A DNA stretch of 64,000 bases, taken from the NCBI GenBank assembly GCA_963728425.1, contig CAVSKC010000002.1:74806-138805 (forward strand), in the 5' to 3' direction. Under the pieces are notes generated by a model. It saw only the letters and a program-made list of their open reading frames with translations. It ran no database searches and had not been told where the DNA came from. How positions within the stretch are numbered: the stretch's first letter is position 1; every line of letters begins with the position of its first letter. This document shows, piece after piece, positions 35,447 through 44,603 of this stretch. The position numbers and the translations under genes were made by a program. The DNA comes from an uncultured Actinomycetota bacterium (lineage in GTDB: Bacteria; Actinomycetota; Actinomycetes; JACCUZ01).

Positions 35447-36417
35447 ATGACCGAGTTGGTCACGACCGGGACCTGGCTGGTGGATGCGGACAAGCAGGAC
35501 GATTTCATCCGCGCGTGGACGGAGTTCACGACGTGGGCGGCCACGATGCGGGGCGCGTCGACGCTGCGGCTCGGCCGTGACGCCGACGACCCGCGGCGCT
35601 TCGTGAGCTTTGGCGCATGGACGGACGCAGACTCCGCGCACGCGTGGAAGCGCTCGCCGGAGTTCGGTGAGCAGATGGCGCAGGTCCTGCAGTACGTCGA
35701 CGAGTTCCACCCGAGCGAGCTCGATGTCGTCGCCACGGCCGGCGACGACTCCAGCGCGCAGGGAATCCTTCGTATCGGCGACACAGCGCCGGACTTCGTC
35801 GCCGACACGACCGAGGGCCGCATCGGCTTCCACGACTGGGTCGGCGACTCCTGGGCCGTGCTGTTCTCCCACCCGAAGGACTTCACCCCGATCTGCACGA
35901 CCGAGCTCGGCCGGCTGGCGGCGATCAAGAGCGAGTTCGACCGCCGCGGCGTGAAGGTGATCGGCCTGTCCGTCGACGCGGTGAGCAACCACGCGTCGTG
36001 GGCGCAGGACATCGAGGAGACGCAGGGTGCTCGGCCCAACTACCCGATCATCGGCGAACCGACCTCGCGGTCTCGAAGCTCTACGGGATGCTCCCGGCGA
36101 GCGAGAAGAGCGACGCGACCCGGACGCCGGCCGACAACCAGACGGTGCGCAACGTCTTCGTCATCGGCCCCGGCAGGAAGATCAAGCTCGTCCTCGCCTA
36201 CCCGATGACCACCGGACGCAACTTCGACGAGGTCCTTCGCGCAATCGATTCGCTGCAACTCACCGCGAAGCACCGCGTCGCGACGCCCGTCGACTGGAAG
36301 CCAGGCGAGGACGTCGTCATCGCAGGGTCGGTGTCGAACGACGAGGCGCGGGAGATCTTCGGCGACTGGAAGGAGCTCAAGGCCTACCTGCGGATCGTGC
36401 CGCAGCCGGTCAGCTGA
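35447..36417 (+). pseudogene. ABM (antibiotic-biosynthesis-monooxygenase-like) domain fused to 1-Cys peroxiredoxin; one frameshift near 36056-36062
   Basis: ATG at 35447 with an AGAGAGGAGAGG RBS. The N-terminal about 100 aa is TGTWLVDADKQDDFIRAWTEFTTWA...FVSFGAWTDADSAHAW. Then LRIGDTAPDF...WAVLFSHPKDFTPICTTELG (Prx6-type). The C-terminal part is in ORF 35998..36417. Confidence 0.75.
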
Positions 36418-36866
36418 CGAAGAAGCCGGCGCTCTCGGCCGAGGATCGCCCCCGATGCGCGACCCGCCTCGACCGAACTGCGGCCGGACGCGGCATCCCT
36501 CGCGGCGTGGCAGTTCATTATCGGCCCGTACGCGCACGCCCCCCGTGCCGGGTAGGAGCACCAACTTCGTCCACCCTTCGAAGGTCTCTGGCGCGCCCGG
36601 CGCGGGGACTCCCGCGTCCGCGATCGCATCGACGAGGACGCGGGGCGGGTCGACGTCCTTGACCTCGACCACCGCCGTGACGCCTACCGAACGTGGCGAC
36701 GGAGCCGAGCCGCGGTCGCAGCTGGCCGTGGGGGGATGCGCGTCGATACCGGCACCCCGCCGGCGGCGGGCCCTCTGCGCTAGGTGCTATAGGCTCCTGT
36801 GCGGTCCGAACCCACGGTCCTCCTGCGCGAGGGCATTACGTCTCCCTTCCTCCGCCCCAGGCCGTT

Positions 36867-36940
36867 TGCCAGGAACGTTCTCCACGTTGAGCGTCCGTTA
36901 CCCGGGTGCTTCGGTCGGTGGTTCGACACCCCTGGCCACC
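36867..36940 (+). other. Degenerate tRNA-Phe-like copy (pseudo-tRNA / att-type direct repeat)
   Basis: tGCCAGGaacgttctccacgttGAGCGTCCGttacccgggtgcttcGGTCGGtGGTTCGACaCCCCTGGCCACC. The blocks GCCAGG, GAGCGTCCG, GGTCGGnGGTTCGAC and CCCCTGGCCACC match tRNA-Phe at 31587-31663. Spacing is identical across the D region (15 nt) and differs by 1-3 nt across the anticodon and T regions. The D and anticodon arms are not foldable. Confidence 0.55.
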
Positions 36941-37089
36941 TCGCAGATGTCAGCACGTGGCCCCGCGGACCAGGACCTGCTGCGCCGCCGGCGTGTGGCG
37001 TCACCGCGCAGGTGATGCCTGGCTCTTGCGCTACCCCGCGTGCGAGAGCAGGGTCGGGGTGCGGACGATGATGGAGCTCGGAGGCCGAG

Positions 37090-37359
37090 ATGAACCAGAC
37101 CAGGACGCTCCCGATCCAGGTCCATCTGGTGGAGCGGGAGTCGGACACCACCGCCGACGTCACGCTGAGCTTGGAGTCGGGTGAGCAGGTACGAGGACAC
37201 GGTGCCGCCCACCGGCACCCCCGGGATGGCGACGTACCGGAAATCGGTGACGAGCTGGCGACGGCGCGGGCGTTATCCGAGCTCTCTCACCGGCTCGTGG
37301 AGATCGCGTCCGAGACGATCAGCCGCCGCGAGCACCGCAGCGTGCACCTGATCGGGTGA
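37090..37359 (+). CDS. DUF1876-like small protein
   Basis: Track ORF. ...TADVTLSLESGEQVRGHGAAHRHPRDGDVPEIGDELATARALSELSHRL. Confidence 0.6.
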   Translation: MNQTRTLPIQVHLVERESDTTADVTLSLESGEQVRGHGAAHRHPRDGDVPEIGDELATARALSELSHRLVEIASETISRREHRSVHLIG

Positions 37360-37412
37360 TCGCTCTGGCCGAAGGTCGTGACTGGTGCGCAGGGACACGG
37401 GACCCCGAGATC

Positions 37413-38453
37413 TCACTGGTCGCCGACAACGAGAACCGCAGCACCAACGACCCGGTCTTCGGCCACATCGCACAAGGCGTCCTGAGCCTCCTCGAAGCCG
37501 TAGGGCGTCGTGACGATGCGCAGGTCCAGCGCTCCGGCAAGTGCCAGGAACTCGTCACCATCACGCCTGGTGTTCGCGGTCACGCTGCGCAGCACCCGCT
37601 CGTGGAATAGCTCCGCCGCGTAGTCCAGCCCGGGAATCGCGCTCAGATGGATGCCCGCGACGGCGAGTGTGCCGCCGCGCTCCAGCGCCCGCAGCGCCGT
37701 GGGCACCAGTTCGCCCGCCGGCGCGAAAAGGATCGCGGCGTCCAACGGCTCGGGGGGAGGGTCCGACGCGCCGCCCGCCGAGGTGACACCGAGCTCGAGG
37801 GCCAGTCTCTGCCCGTCCTCGGACCGGGTGAGCACATGCACGGTCGCACCCTGCCGCAGCGCCAGCTGCGCCGTCAGGTGCGCAGAGGCGCCGAAGCCGT
37901 AGATACCGAGCCGGCCGGCTGGTGGCAACTGGCACAGCCGCAGGGCCCGGTAGCCGATGATCCCGGAGCACAACAGGGACGCCGCGTGCACGTCGTCGTA
38001 GCCCTCCGGCAGACGGTACGCGAACCGCTCATCGACGAGGCAGAGCTCGGCGTATCCACCGTCGGCGTCCCACCCCGTGAACAGCGGCGTGCGGCAGAGG
38101 TTCTCCTGACCGTGCCTGCAGAACCGGCAGCGGCCGCAGGTTCCGCGGAGCCAGGCCACGCCGACCCGGTCGCCGCGCGCGAACCGGCCCGCGCCGGGTC
38201 CGAGGGTGTCGACGTAGCCGACCACCTGGTGGCCCGGCACGACCGCTGGGTGTCGCTGCGGCAGGTCCCCCTCTGCAAGGTGCAGATCGGTCCGGCAGAT
38301 CCCGCAACAACTCACGCGCAGCCGCACCTCACCTGGACCGGGCACGGGATCGTCGCGCTGACCCTCGCGCAAGGGCCCACCTTCGATCGGCCCGGGTCGG
38401 TCGACCCACCACACGCGCACGCGAATAGCCAACCCGACAACGACCGCTTCCAC
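37413..38453 (-). CDS. Zinc-dependent alcohol dehydrogenase family protein
   Basis: Track ORF. GEVRLRVSCCGICRTDLHLAEGD..., a CGRCRFC structural-zinc loop and GFGASAH. The start is uncertain (possibly the internal GTG near 38420). Confidence 0.85.
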   Translation of the reverse strand: MEAVVVGLAIRVRVWWVDRPGPIEGGPLREGQRDDPVPGPGEVRLRVSCCGICRTDLHLAEGDLPQRHPAVVPGHQVVGYVDTLGPGAGRFARGDRVGVAWLRGTCGRCRFCRHGQENLCRTPLFTGWDADGGYAELCLVDERFAYRLPEGYDDVHAASLLCSGIIGYRALRLCQLPPAGRLGIYGFGASAHLTAQLALRQGATVHVLTRSEDGQRLALELGVTSAGGASDPPPEPLDAAILFAPAGELVPTALRALERGGTLAVAGIHLSAIPGLDYAAELFHERVLRSVTANTRRDGDEFLALAGALDLRIVTTPYGFEEAQDALCDVAEDRVVGAAVLVVGDQ

Positions 38454-38532
38454 CAGGGCTGAGCCGCATCACTGGCGTACGCAAATGAGGCTCGAGCCGA
38501 GTGGGAGCCCCGGTGAGGCGTCCCGTGGTTCA

Positions 38533-39747
38533 TCAGGCGCCGGCCACAACCGAACCGATAGCGTCGACCAGCATGTCGATGTCGTCCTCCGAGCAGACAA
38601 TCGGCGGGGCTAGACGGATTGTCGAGCCGTGGGTTTCCTTCGCGAGCACGTGGCGCTCGAGCAGGCTTTCGCACAGCTGACGCCCCGTCATGACCGTGGG
38701 GTCGACGTCGACGCCGGCCCATAGCCCGCGGCACCGGACCTCCCGGACGACCGCGGAGTCCAGCCCGAGCAGGCCGTCCGCCAGGCGGGCACCCAGCTCT
38801 GCGGCGCGCGCCTGGAACTCTCCGGTCGCGAGCATGAGGCACACCTCGTGACCTACCGCCGCCGCCAGCGGGTTGCCTCCGAAGGTCGAGCCATGGGTGC
38901 CGGGGGTGATCACACCGAGGACATCGGTGTCGGCCGCGATCGCCGACACCGGCAGGATTCCTCCGCCGAGGGCCTTGCCGAGGACCAGGATGTCCGCCAC
39001 TACGTCTTCGTGCTCGACGGCCAGGGTGCGGCCCGTGCGAGCGAGGCCGGACTGGATCTCGTCGGCGATCAGGAGAATCCCGTGCCGGTCGCAGAGCTCC
39101 CGCATCTGCTGAAGGAAGCCTGCCGGCGGGATGAGGACGCCGCCCTCGCCCTGGATCGGCTCCAGCAGCACGGCGATCGTGTCCTCTGTGATCGCGTCGC
39201 CGACGGCATCCGCCTTCCCGTACGGCACGAGATCGAAGCCGGGCGTGAAAGGGCCGAAGTCGCGCCGCGCGAGCTCGTCGGTGCTGAAACCGACGATCGT
39301 TGTCGTCCGCCCGTGGAAGTTCCCGTCCATCACGATGATCCGGCCGTGGTCCGGAGCGACGCCCTTGACCTGCGAACCCCACTTGCGGGCCACCTTCAGC
39401 GCCGTCTCGACAGCCTCGGCACCCGAGTTCATCGGCAGGATCATCTCCTTGGCGACCAGGTCGCCCAGGGCATCCGCGAAAGGTCCGAGCTGGTCGTTGT
39501 AGAACGCCCGGCTCGTCAGGGTCAACCGGCTCAGCTGCTGCTGCGTCCTCGCAATGAGTCGCGGGTGTCGGTGCCCGAAATTCAGCGCCGAGTAGCCCGC
39601 GAGGCAATCCAGGTACCGCTCACCCTCCAGGTCGGTCACCCAGGCCCCCTCACCGTGGGTGAGGACCACGGGGAGCGGATGGTAGTTGTGCGCCGCTCGC
39701 CGCTCGGTGAGCTCAATGTGCTGGGTGGTCGTCAAGGCATTCGTCAT
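38533..39747 (-). CDS. rocD: Ornithine aminotransferase (class-III PLP aminotransferase)
   Basis: Track ORF 38533..39927 trimmed to MTNALTT (ATG 39745-39747). HNYHPLPVVL..GEGAWVTDLEGERYLDCLAGYSALNFGHRHP...LLIADEIQSGLARTG...GKALGGG. Confidence 0.85.
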   Translation of the reverse strand: MTNALTTTQHIELTERRAAHNYHPLPVVLTHGEGAWVTDLEGERYLDCLAGYSALNFGHRHPRLIARTQQQLSRLTLTSRAFYNDQLGPFADALGDLVAKEMILPMNSGAEAVETALKVARKWGSQVKGVAPDHGRIIVMDGNFHGRTTTIVGFSTDELARRDFGPFTPGFDLVPYGKADAVGDAITEDTIAVLLEPIQGEGGVLIPPAGFLQQMRELCDRHGILLIADEIQSGLARTGRTLAVEHEDVVADILVLGKALGGGILPVSAIAADTDVLGVITPGTHGSTFGGNPLAAAVGHEVCLMLATGEFQARAAELGARLADGLLGLDSAVVREVRCRGLWAGVDVDPTVMTGRQLCESLLERHVLAKETHGSTIRLAPPIVCSEDDIDMLVDAIGSVVAGA

Positions 39748-40032
39748 GGGCACAGTCTCGCCGTTGACTGCCAGCCGTGGGCCCCTGACGGCGCGTTCAG
39801 CGGCGCCAGTCTGACGAGAACGCCGACGACATCGACTCGGGGCCGCTTTAGGTGTCGGCATCCTTTTCTCGAGGTTCTCGAAGATCCGGGTCAGAGCGGC
39901 CTGGACGCAGCACCTGCGCACGTCCACCGTCGGCCGGGTCGGGTTCGCGGCGGATCAGGCCGTCGCCTTCCGTGCGCGGCAAAGTATCGGCTGGCTTAGC
40001 GCCAGAGCCCTGCTCCAGGTGTCTGCCTCCTC

Positions 40033-43000
40033 CTAGTCCAGCAGGTGATCGAGCACCCGGCCCATCACTGCGTTGCGTTCGGCCTCAGTCGAGACGCCCT
40101 CAAGTCCGAACCCCAGCAGCAGCGAGCGCGGCGTGGCGATCGCGTTGCCGACCGGGAATCCCGATGCATCGGTTCGGATGAAGTTGTTGGCGTTGGGTGA
40201 GCTGCCCGCGGGCGGCCCGGTGATCGCCCAGCCGTCCAGGCCGGTCTCGAACGAGGTGCTGGTGCCGTCGGGCAGCGTGATGTCGTCCAGGAAGACGCCG
40301 ATGCCCTGCGTCGCCCAGTCGCTGGCGTAGGCGATGGAGATCTCGACGCTCCCGCCGGCGTACGCCGAGAGGTCGATGCTCCACTCCTGCCAACCCGCCG
40401 AGTTGCCGCTCGCGGCGTTCCAGGCGCCGGTGGTGCCGGTCTCTGTGCACGCGTCGACGCCGTCAAACGTCTGGTAGTGCGCGAGCTGCGGGTGCAGCTC
40501 GACCCAGCCCGCCGGGCAGCTCTCGCCGGTCGCCGTTGTCGTGTTCCCGTTGGCGTCGGGCAGCGTCGTCCAGTCGTCACCGCCGGGAGTGCGCGCCTCG
40601 ACGAACAGGTGGTCCCAGTCTGCTTCGGTGTCGTAGGACGTCCAGAAGGTCATCGACCCACCGGCTGCCGGCACGGCGATCTCGCGGGTGAGCCTCTTGT
40701 ACGAGACGTCAGCGATCTGCGAGTAGACGTACTGCTCGCCGGTGTGCGGGTCGAACGGCCCACCCGGCTTGGCGTACCGCGCAGCGGCCCAGCTCTCGAA
40801 CTGCTTGAAGTCGTCGATCGGCAGGATGCCGCTGGTCGCGAGGAACGACGACCTCCGGACCGCGTTGCCGGCGAAGACGGGATCGTCGAGACCCCACGCG
40901 AGGCCCGTGAACGGGTCGTCGACGCCTACCGCGTCGTAAGCGGTGCCTCCGTCGAGGCCGTCGTTGGCAATGGCCACGTAGCCACCCAGGTAGTACTGCA
41001 GCACGTCGTTGGTGGTGTCGCCACCGAAGAACGAGCCGAACAACGGCAGGCAGCGCCGCGGGTCGATGTCCGCGGGAGGCGGGTTGCAGGCGACCTCGCC
41101 CTTGGGGTCGTACAGCTGCGCCATGGTGTATTGCTGACCGGCGGAGTCGCCTGCCAGCATGACCTTGCCGCCCTCGTTCAGGTACGAGCGGAACTCGAGC
41201 AGCTCGTCGAGTGCCAGCCGGTCGGCATTTCCGCCACCGCGGCCGGCGGTGCGAGTGATCAGGTCGTTTCCTGTCTCCCAGATGGCTGCGTCGTAGTGGC
41301 TGAGCACTCCGAGGGCGTCCGGGGCGATCCGCCCGGCGGCGTCGATGTCGTAGACGTCGGCCTGCTGGCCGTTGGCGGCCAATGCGTCGGTGTACGCGTC
41401 GACGAAGTGCGGGCCTGCCGGATCCTGCACCGGCGAGGCGCCGGTGTAGTCCTCGGCCGCCACGACGAGCACGCGGTTACCGCTCTCGGACACGGCCTGG
41501 TAGGTGAAGGAGTCACTCCGCTGGCCGCCACCTTCGAACCAGACCTCGACCGAGTCGCCGGGGTCGGTGCCGGTCACCACGCCGCGCATCTGGTGGTAGT
41601 AGACCGACGCCGGGTCGTACGTCGACCCGCCCTCCCACTCGGACATGGGTGCCGACTGCACCGCGCCGCCGTCGATGCGGTACTTCGCAGTCACGGCACC
41701 GAGGCTGCGCTTGGCGATCACGGCGACCGGCTGCGGGTCACCGTACGACTTCGTGAAGCTCAGCCGGACGCCCGGGTTGCCGCGCTTGTAGGGGTCCTCG
41801 CTGTCGACGTAGAAGGGCTTGGTCGTGATCCCCGTGACCGTCTTCGGGTTGGAGGGGTCGACTGCCGAGTTCGCCACCGACTGGGCGAACGGCAGGTTGC
41901 GCACAAACTCCGCCTGCACCAACGCGTTGTCGTCCGGGAACACGAAGCCGCAGCCGTCGCAGCCCTCGGACAGCTCCGGGGTCCAGGCCAGGGCGCCGGT
42001 CACGGCGTGCGCGTAGTCGGTGGTCTCACCGTTCGTGACGTAAAGGACGTCCGAGCTCAGGCCCGGGTGGAAGTCGGCGATGGCCGGGTCGTCCAGGTTG
42101 CCGGACATGGCGTAGTAGATCGGGTCGTCCGCGGTGGGGGTGCTGGTCTGCCAGCCCTCGGCGTAGAGGAGCCACTGACCGGCGGAGTGCCAGTTGACCT
42201 GGAACGCGAAGCCGATCCGGTCGAGCAGCCCGACCATGGCCTGGGTCTCGGGCTCGGACAGCGGCCCCGGTCCACGGTACGTCTCACTGGACTGGATGGA
42301 GGACGACCCCTCCTCGTCGTAGCCCCAGTGGTTGGGGAAGTTGCGGTTGGGGTCGACACCGTCGCCGACCTGGGTCTGGCCGTCGTTGTTGTTGTCGCGG
42401 AGGTTCTTGCGCCACAGCCGCTCGTGGTCGAACGTGTACTGGTATCCGTCGGGGTTGGCCACGAGGACGAACCAGAGCTCGGTCGTCTGCAGAAGCTTGC
42501 GGACCTGCCGGTTGTTGGCCCGCCACTGGTCGATGTAGTGGTTCATCAGCCGCCGGTTGACCTCGGTCGAGATCCATTCACGCGCGTGCTGGGTGGAGCT
42601 GTAGAGGACAGCCGCACGACTGCCGTCCGGTACCTCACGAGCGCCCTGGGTCAGCTTGACCGCGATGATCTCGCGTCCCTGGCCGGTGTGGCCGAGGACC
42701 TCGAGCTTCACCAGCTGAGGGTTCCTGCGCGCTGCCGCGTAGAGCTGGTCGCGGATGCCGCCGGCCTCGTCGTACGAGCGCCAGACGGTGAAGCCATCGG
42801 CGGCCTGTGCCGCCGCAAACTCCTGGACGGTCTGGCCGCCCTTGAGCCGCTTGAGCTTGACCGACATGCCGCGATCCCGCAGGGCCGAGGCCTCCTGCGA
42901 TGTGAGCACGAGGTCGGCGATGACGCCGTCGGTCGTTCTCTTTGCCGAGCTCATGTCGTGGCCGGACCGGGCCAGCTCACCGGCCTGCTTCGCGGTCAGC

Positions 43001-43155
43001 GATGCGGAGTAGACGTTGAGCGGCGCCTGGGCCTCGGCGCTCCCGCGCCCGGCCGCTCCGGCCGGCGGCCCCACGAGGGTGGCCAGCACCAGCGCAACGG
43101 CGGCGCCCAGAACGACGAGGATGTGTCGACCGGTTCGAGTCGAGCGACGAGACAT
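40033..43155 (-). CDS. Secreted M14-family zinc carboxypeptidase with large C-terminal extension (1040 aa)
   Basis: Track ORF, intact. It has a signal peptide (HILVVLGAAVALVLATLVGPPAGAA). STQHAREWISTEV...LVANPDGYQYTF...WRKNLRDNN...DPNRNFPNHWGYD. Confidence 0.85.
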   Translation of the reverse strand: MSRRSTRTGRHILVVLGAAVALVLATLVGPPAGAAGRGSAEAQAPLNVYSASLTAKQAGELARSGHDMSSAKRTTDGVIADLVLTSQEASALRDRGMSVKLKRLKGGQTVQEFAAAQAADGFTVWRSYDEAGGIRDQLYAAARRNPQLVKLEVLGHTGQGREIIAVKLTQGAREVPDGSRAAVLYSSTQHAREWISTEVNRRLMNHYIDQWRANNRQVRKLLQTTELWFVLVANPDGYQYTFDHERLWRKNLRDNNNDGQTQVGDGVDPNRNFPNHWGYDEEGSSSIQSSETYRGPGPLSEPETQAMVGLLDRIGFAFQVNWHSAGQWLLYAEGWQTSTPTADDPIYYAMSGNLDDPAIADFHPGLSSDVLYVTNGETTDYAHAVTGALAWTPELSEGCDGCGFVFPDDNALVQAEFVRNLPFAQSVANSAVDPSNPKTVTGITTKPFYVDSEDPYKRGNPGVRLSFTKSYGDPQPVAVIAKRSLGAVTAKYRIDGGAVQSAPMSEWEGGSTYDPASVYYHQMRGVVTGTDPGDSVEVWFEGGGQRSDSFTYQAVSESGNRVLVVAAEDYTGASPVQDPAGPHFVDAYTDALAANGQQADVYDIDAAGRIAPDALGVLSHYDAAIWETGNDLITRTAGRGGGNADRLALDELLEFRSYLNEGGKVMLAGDSAGQQYTMAQLYDPKGEVACNPPPADIDPRRCLPLFGSFFGGDTTNDVLQYYLGGYVAIANDGLDGGTAYDAVGVDDPFTGLAWGLDDPVFAGNAVRRSSFLATSGILPIDDFKQFESWAAARYAKPGGPFDPHTGEQYVYSQIADVSYKRLTREIAVPAAGGSMTFWTSYDTEADWDHLFVEARTPGGDDWTTLPDANGNTTTATGESCPAGWVELHPQLAHYQTFDGVDACTETGTTGAWNAASGNSAGWQEWSIDLSAYAGGSVEISIAYASDWATQGIGVFLDDITLPDGTSTSFETGLDGWAITGPPAGSSPNANNFIRTDASGFPVGNAIATPRSLLLGFGLEGVSTEAERNAVMGRVLDHLLD

Positions 43156-43296
43156 GGCGGGCCTCCGTCCGCCGCGCCCGCAGCCTGGGCGCGGTTGGCC
43201 GAGAACCTACTCCCGCGTCAAGGCCCCGGGAAGGCTGGGTGACTGGGTCAACCTTTAGCTGATCGCACGAGCGTCGGCAGCTCCGGTCCGGAACGA

Positions 43297-44535
43297 TCAG
43301 GCGCCGTTTCGCCGCAGTTGAAGGTCCGACTCGTCAACGGGATCACTCCGGTACGGCGGCCCGTCCTTGAGGTGCAGCACGAGGCCGGCGGTCCCGATGC
43401 CCTCGGCGGGAGGGCTCGCGGCTCGCCACCAACGCCGCGGCGCGATGCGCACGAGCAGGGACGACGTGATCGCCAGGTCGGTCTCCAGCGGTGCCTTCGC
43501 GATCAGCCACAGCCAGAACGACCCCTCGAGCGGCCGCGCACGGGTAGGCGTGAACTCCCAGAAGGAGATCGACTCCTGCAGCCCGTATCCGCGCACGAAC
43601 ATCTTGCCGCCGCGGGTGGACTTCTGAGCCGCCTTCGCGCTGACGAACTTCACGTCGGCACCGATCTCGACGTTGTTCTCCTGTGCCGTCCCGTCCAGCT
43701 CGGACAGCGGCCTCAGCGAGTAGGCGATCGGCGCGGGAGCCGCCTTTCCGTCGGCGCGCGCCAGGACGACCGTCAGCTTCGCGCCGGTGAAGACCCAGTC
43801 CCTCGCCGGCCGGAAGCTGCAGGCAAGCTGCAGGTTGGCGAAGATCGCATCCTTCTCCTGAGCCAGGTGGTCCCGTAGGCGCGGGTCGTCCTCGGTCGTG
43901 GCCGGCGTGAGCACCAGCACGTCCGGCGTGCCCAAGGAGGCTCGCGGCCGGTCCTCGGCGAGCAGTGCCGCGTTGTCGAGGCGACGCACCGGTTGCCAGC
44001 CGTGCACCGGGGTCGATCGGCGGCGGCGAACCAGCAGCAGCCACAGCAGCAGACCGACCAGCAGGACCGCGGCGACAACCAGCAGCGTCACGAGGAGGAC
44101 CGGTGGGCCAGTGTCGGATCCCGGCCCCGGCGTGGGCGATGTGCTCGGCAGCGACGTGACGGAGGGCGTTTCGGACGGCACCGCAGTGTCGGACGGGGTG
44201 CCGCTGGGTGACCCGCTCGGAGTGGCGCTCCCGGACAGCCCGGTGCTCGGCGTACGGGAGACCGTGTCACTCGGTGACGGACTGAGGGTCGACACTGACG
44301 AAGGACCCGTCAACGCGTCGACGACCAGGAACAGGGATCCGCCGACGACCGACACGACCGTCACGGCCGCCCAGATCAGGCGTGGCCCCCAGGGAGGCAG
44401 CCGGGGCGCCCCCGGAGGGGCATCCGGTGGTGGCGGCGGGCCGGAGGCACGCGGGGCGACAGTCGGCTGCGCGGCCGGGGTCGCGCCGACGTCGATCTCC
44501 CGGGTGGCCTGGCCAGGCTTGGCGGTGACGCGCAT
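43297..44535 (-). CDS. Hypothetical bitopic membrane protein (Pro-rich N-terminus, TM, S/T/P-rich linker, TM, about 220-aa uncharacterised C-terminal domain)
   Basis: Track ORF, 412 aa, ATG at 44533-44535. I could not recognise any family. Confidence 0.65.
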   Translation of the reverse strand: MRVTAKPGQATREIDVGATPAAQPTVAPRASGPPPPPDAPPGAPRLPPWGPRLIWAAVTVVSVVGGSLFLVVDALTGPSSVSTLSPSPSDTVSRTPSTGLSGSATPSGSPSGTPSDTAVPSETPSVTSLPSTSPTPGPGSDTGPPVLLVTLLVVAAVLLVGLLLWLLLVRRRRSTPVHGWQPVRRLDNAALLAEDRPRASLGTPDVLVLTPATTEDDPRLRDHLAQEKDAIFANLQLACSFRPARDWVFTGAKLTVVLARADGKAAPAPIAYSLRPLSELDGTAQENNVEIGADVKFVSAKAAQKSTRGGKMFVRGYGLQESISFWEFTPTRARPLEGSFWLWLIAKAPLETDLAITSSLLVRIAPRRWWRAASPPAEGIGTAGLVLHLKDGPPYRSDPVDESDLQLRRNGA

Positions 44536-44603
44536 CGGCCCTCCGTACGTGCGAGCACCTACGCCGTTTCGAGGTTAGCCACGTCCAGCCGGGCCGTGCA
44601 GGG

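Noticed and set aside
40477-43242. A 921-aa plus-strand ORF antisense to the M14 carboxypeptidase.
   Set aside because: It has no recognisable domain and low-complexity R/G/V/D composition. The minus-strand product has signal peptide and M14 catalytic motifs.
44100-44330. Apparent tandem repetition (also at 62790-63000).
   Set aside because: This is codon-level Ser/Thr/Pro low complexity inside coding regions (linkers of membrane proteins), not a DNA tandem repeat with a fixed unit.
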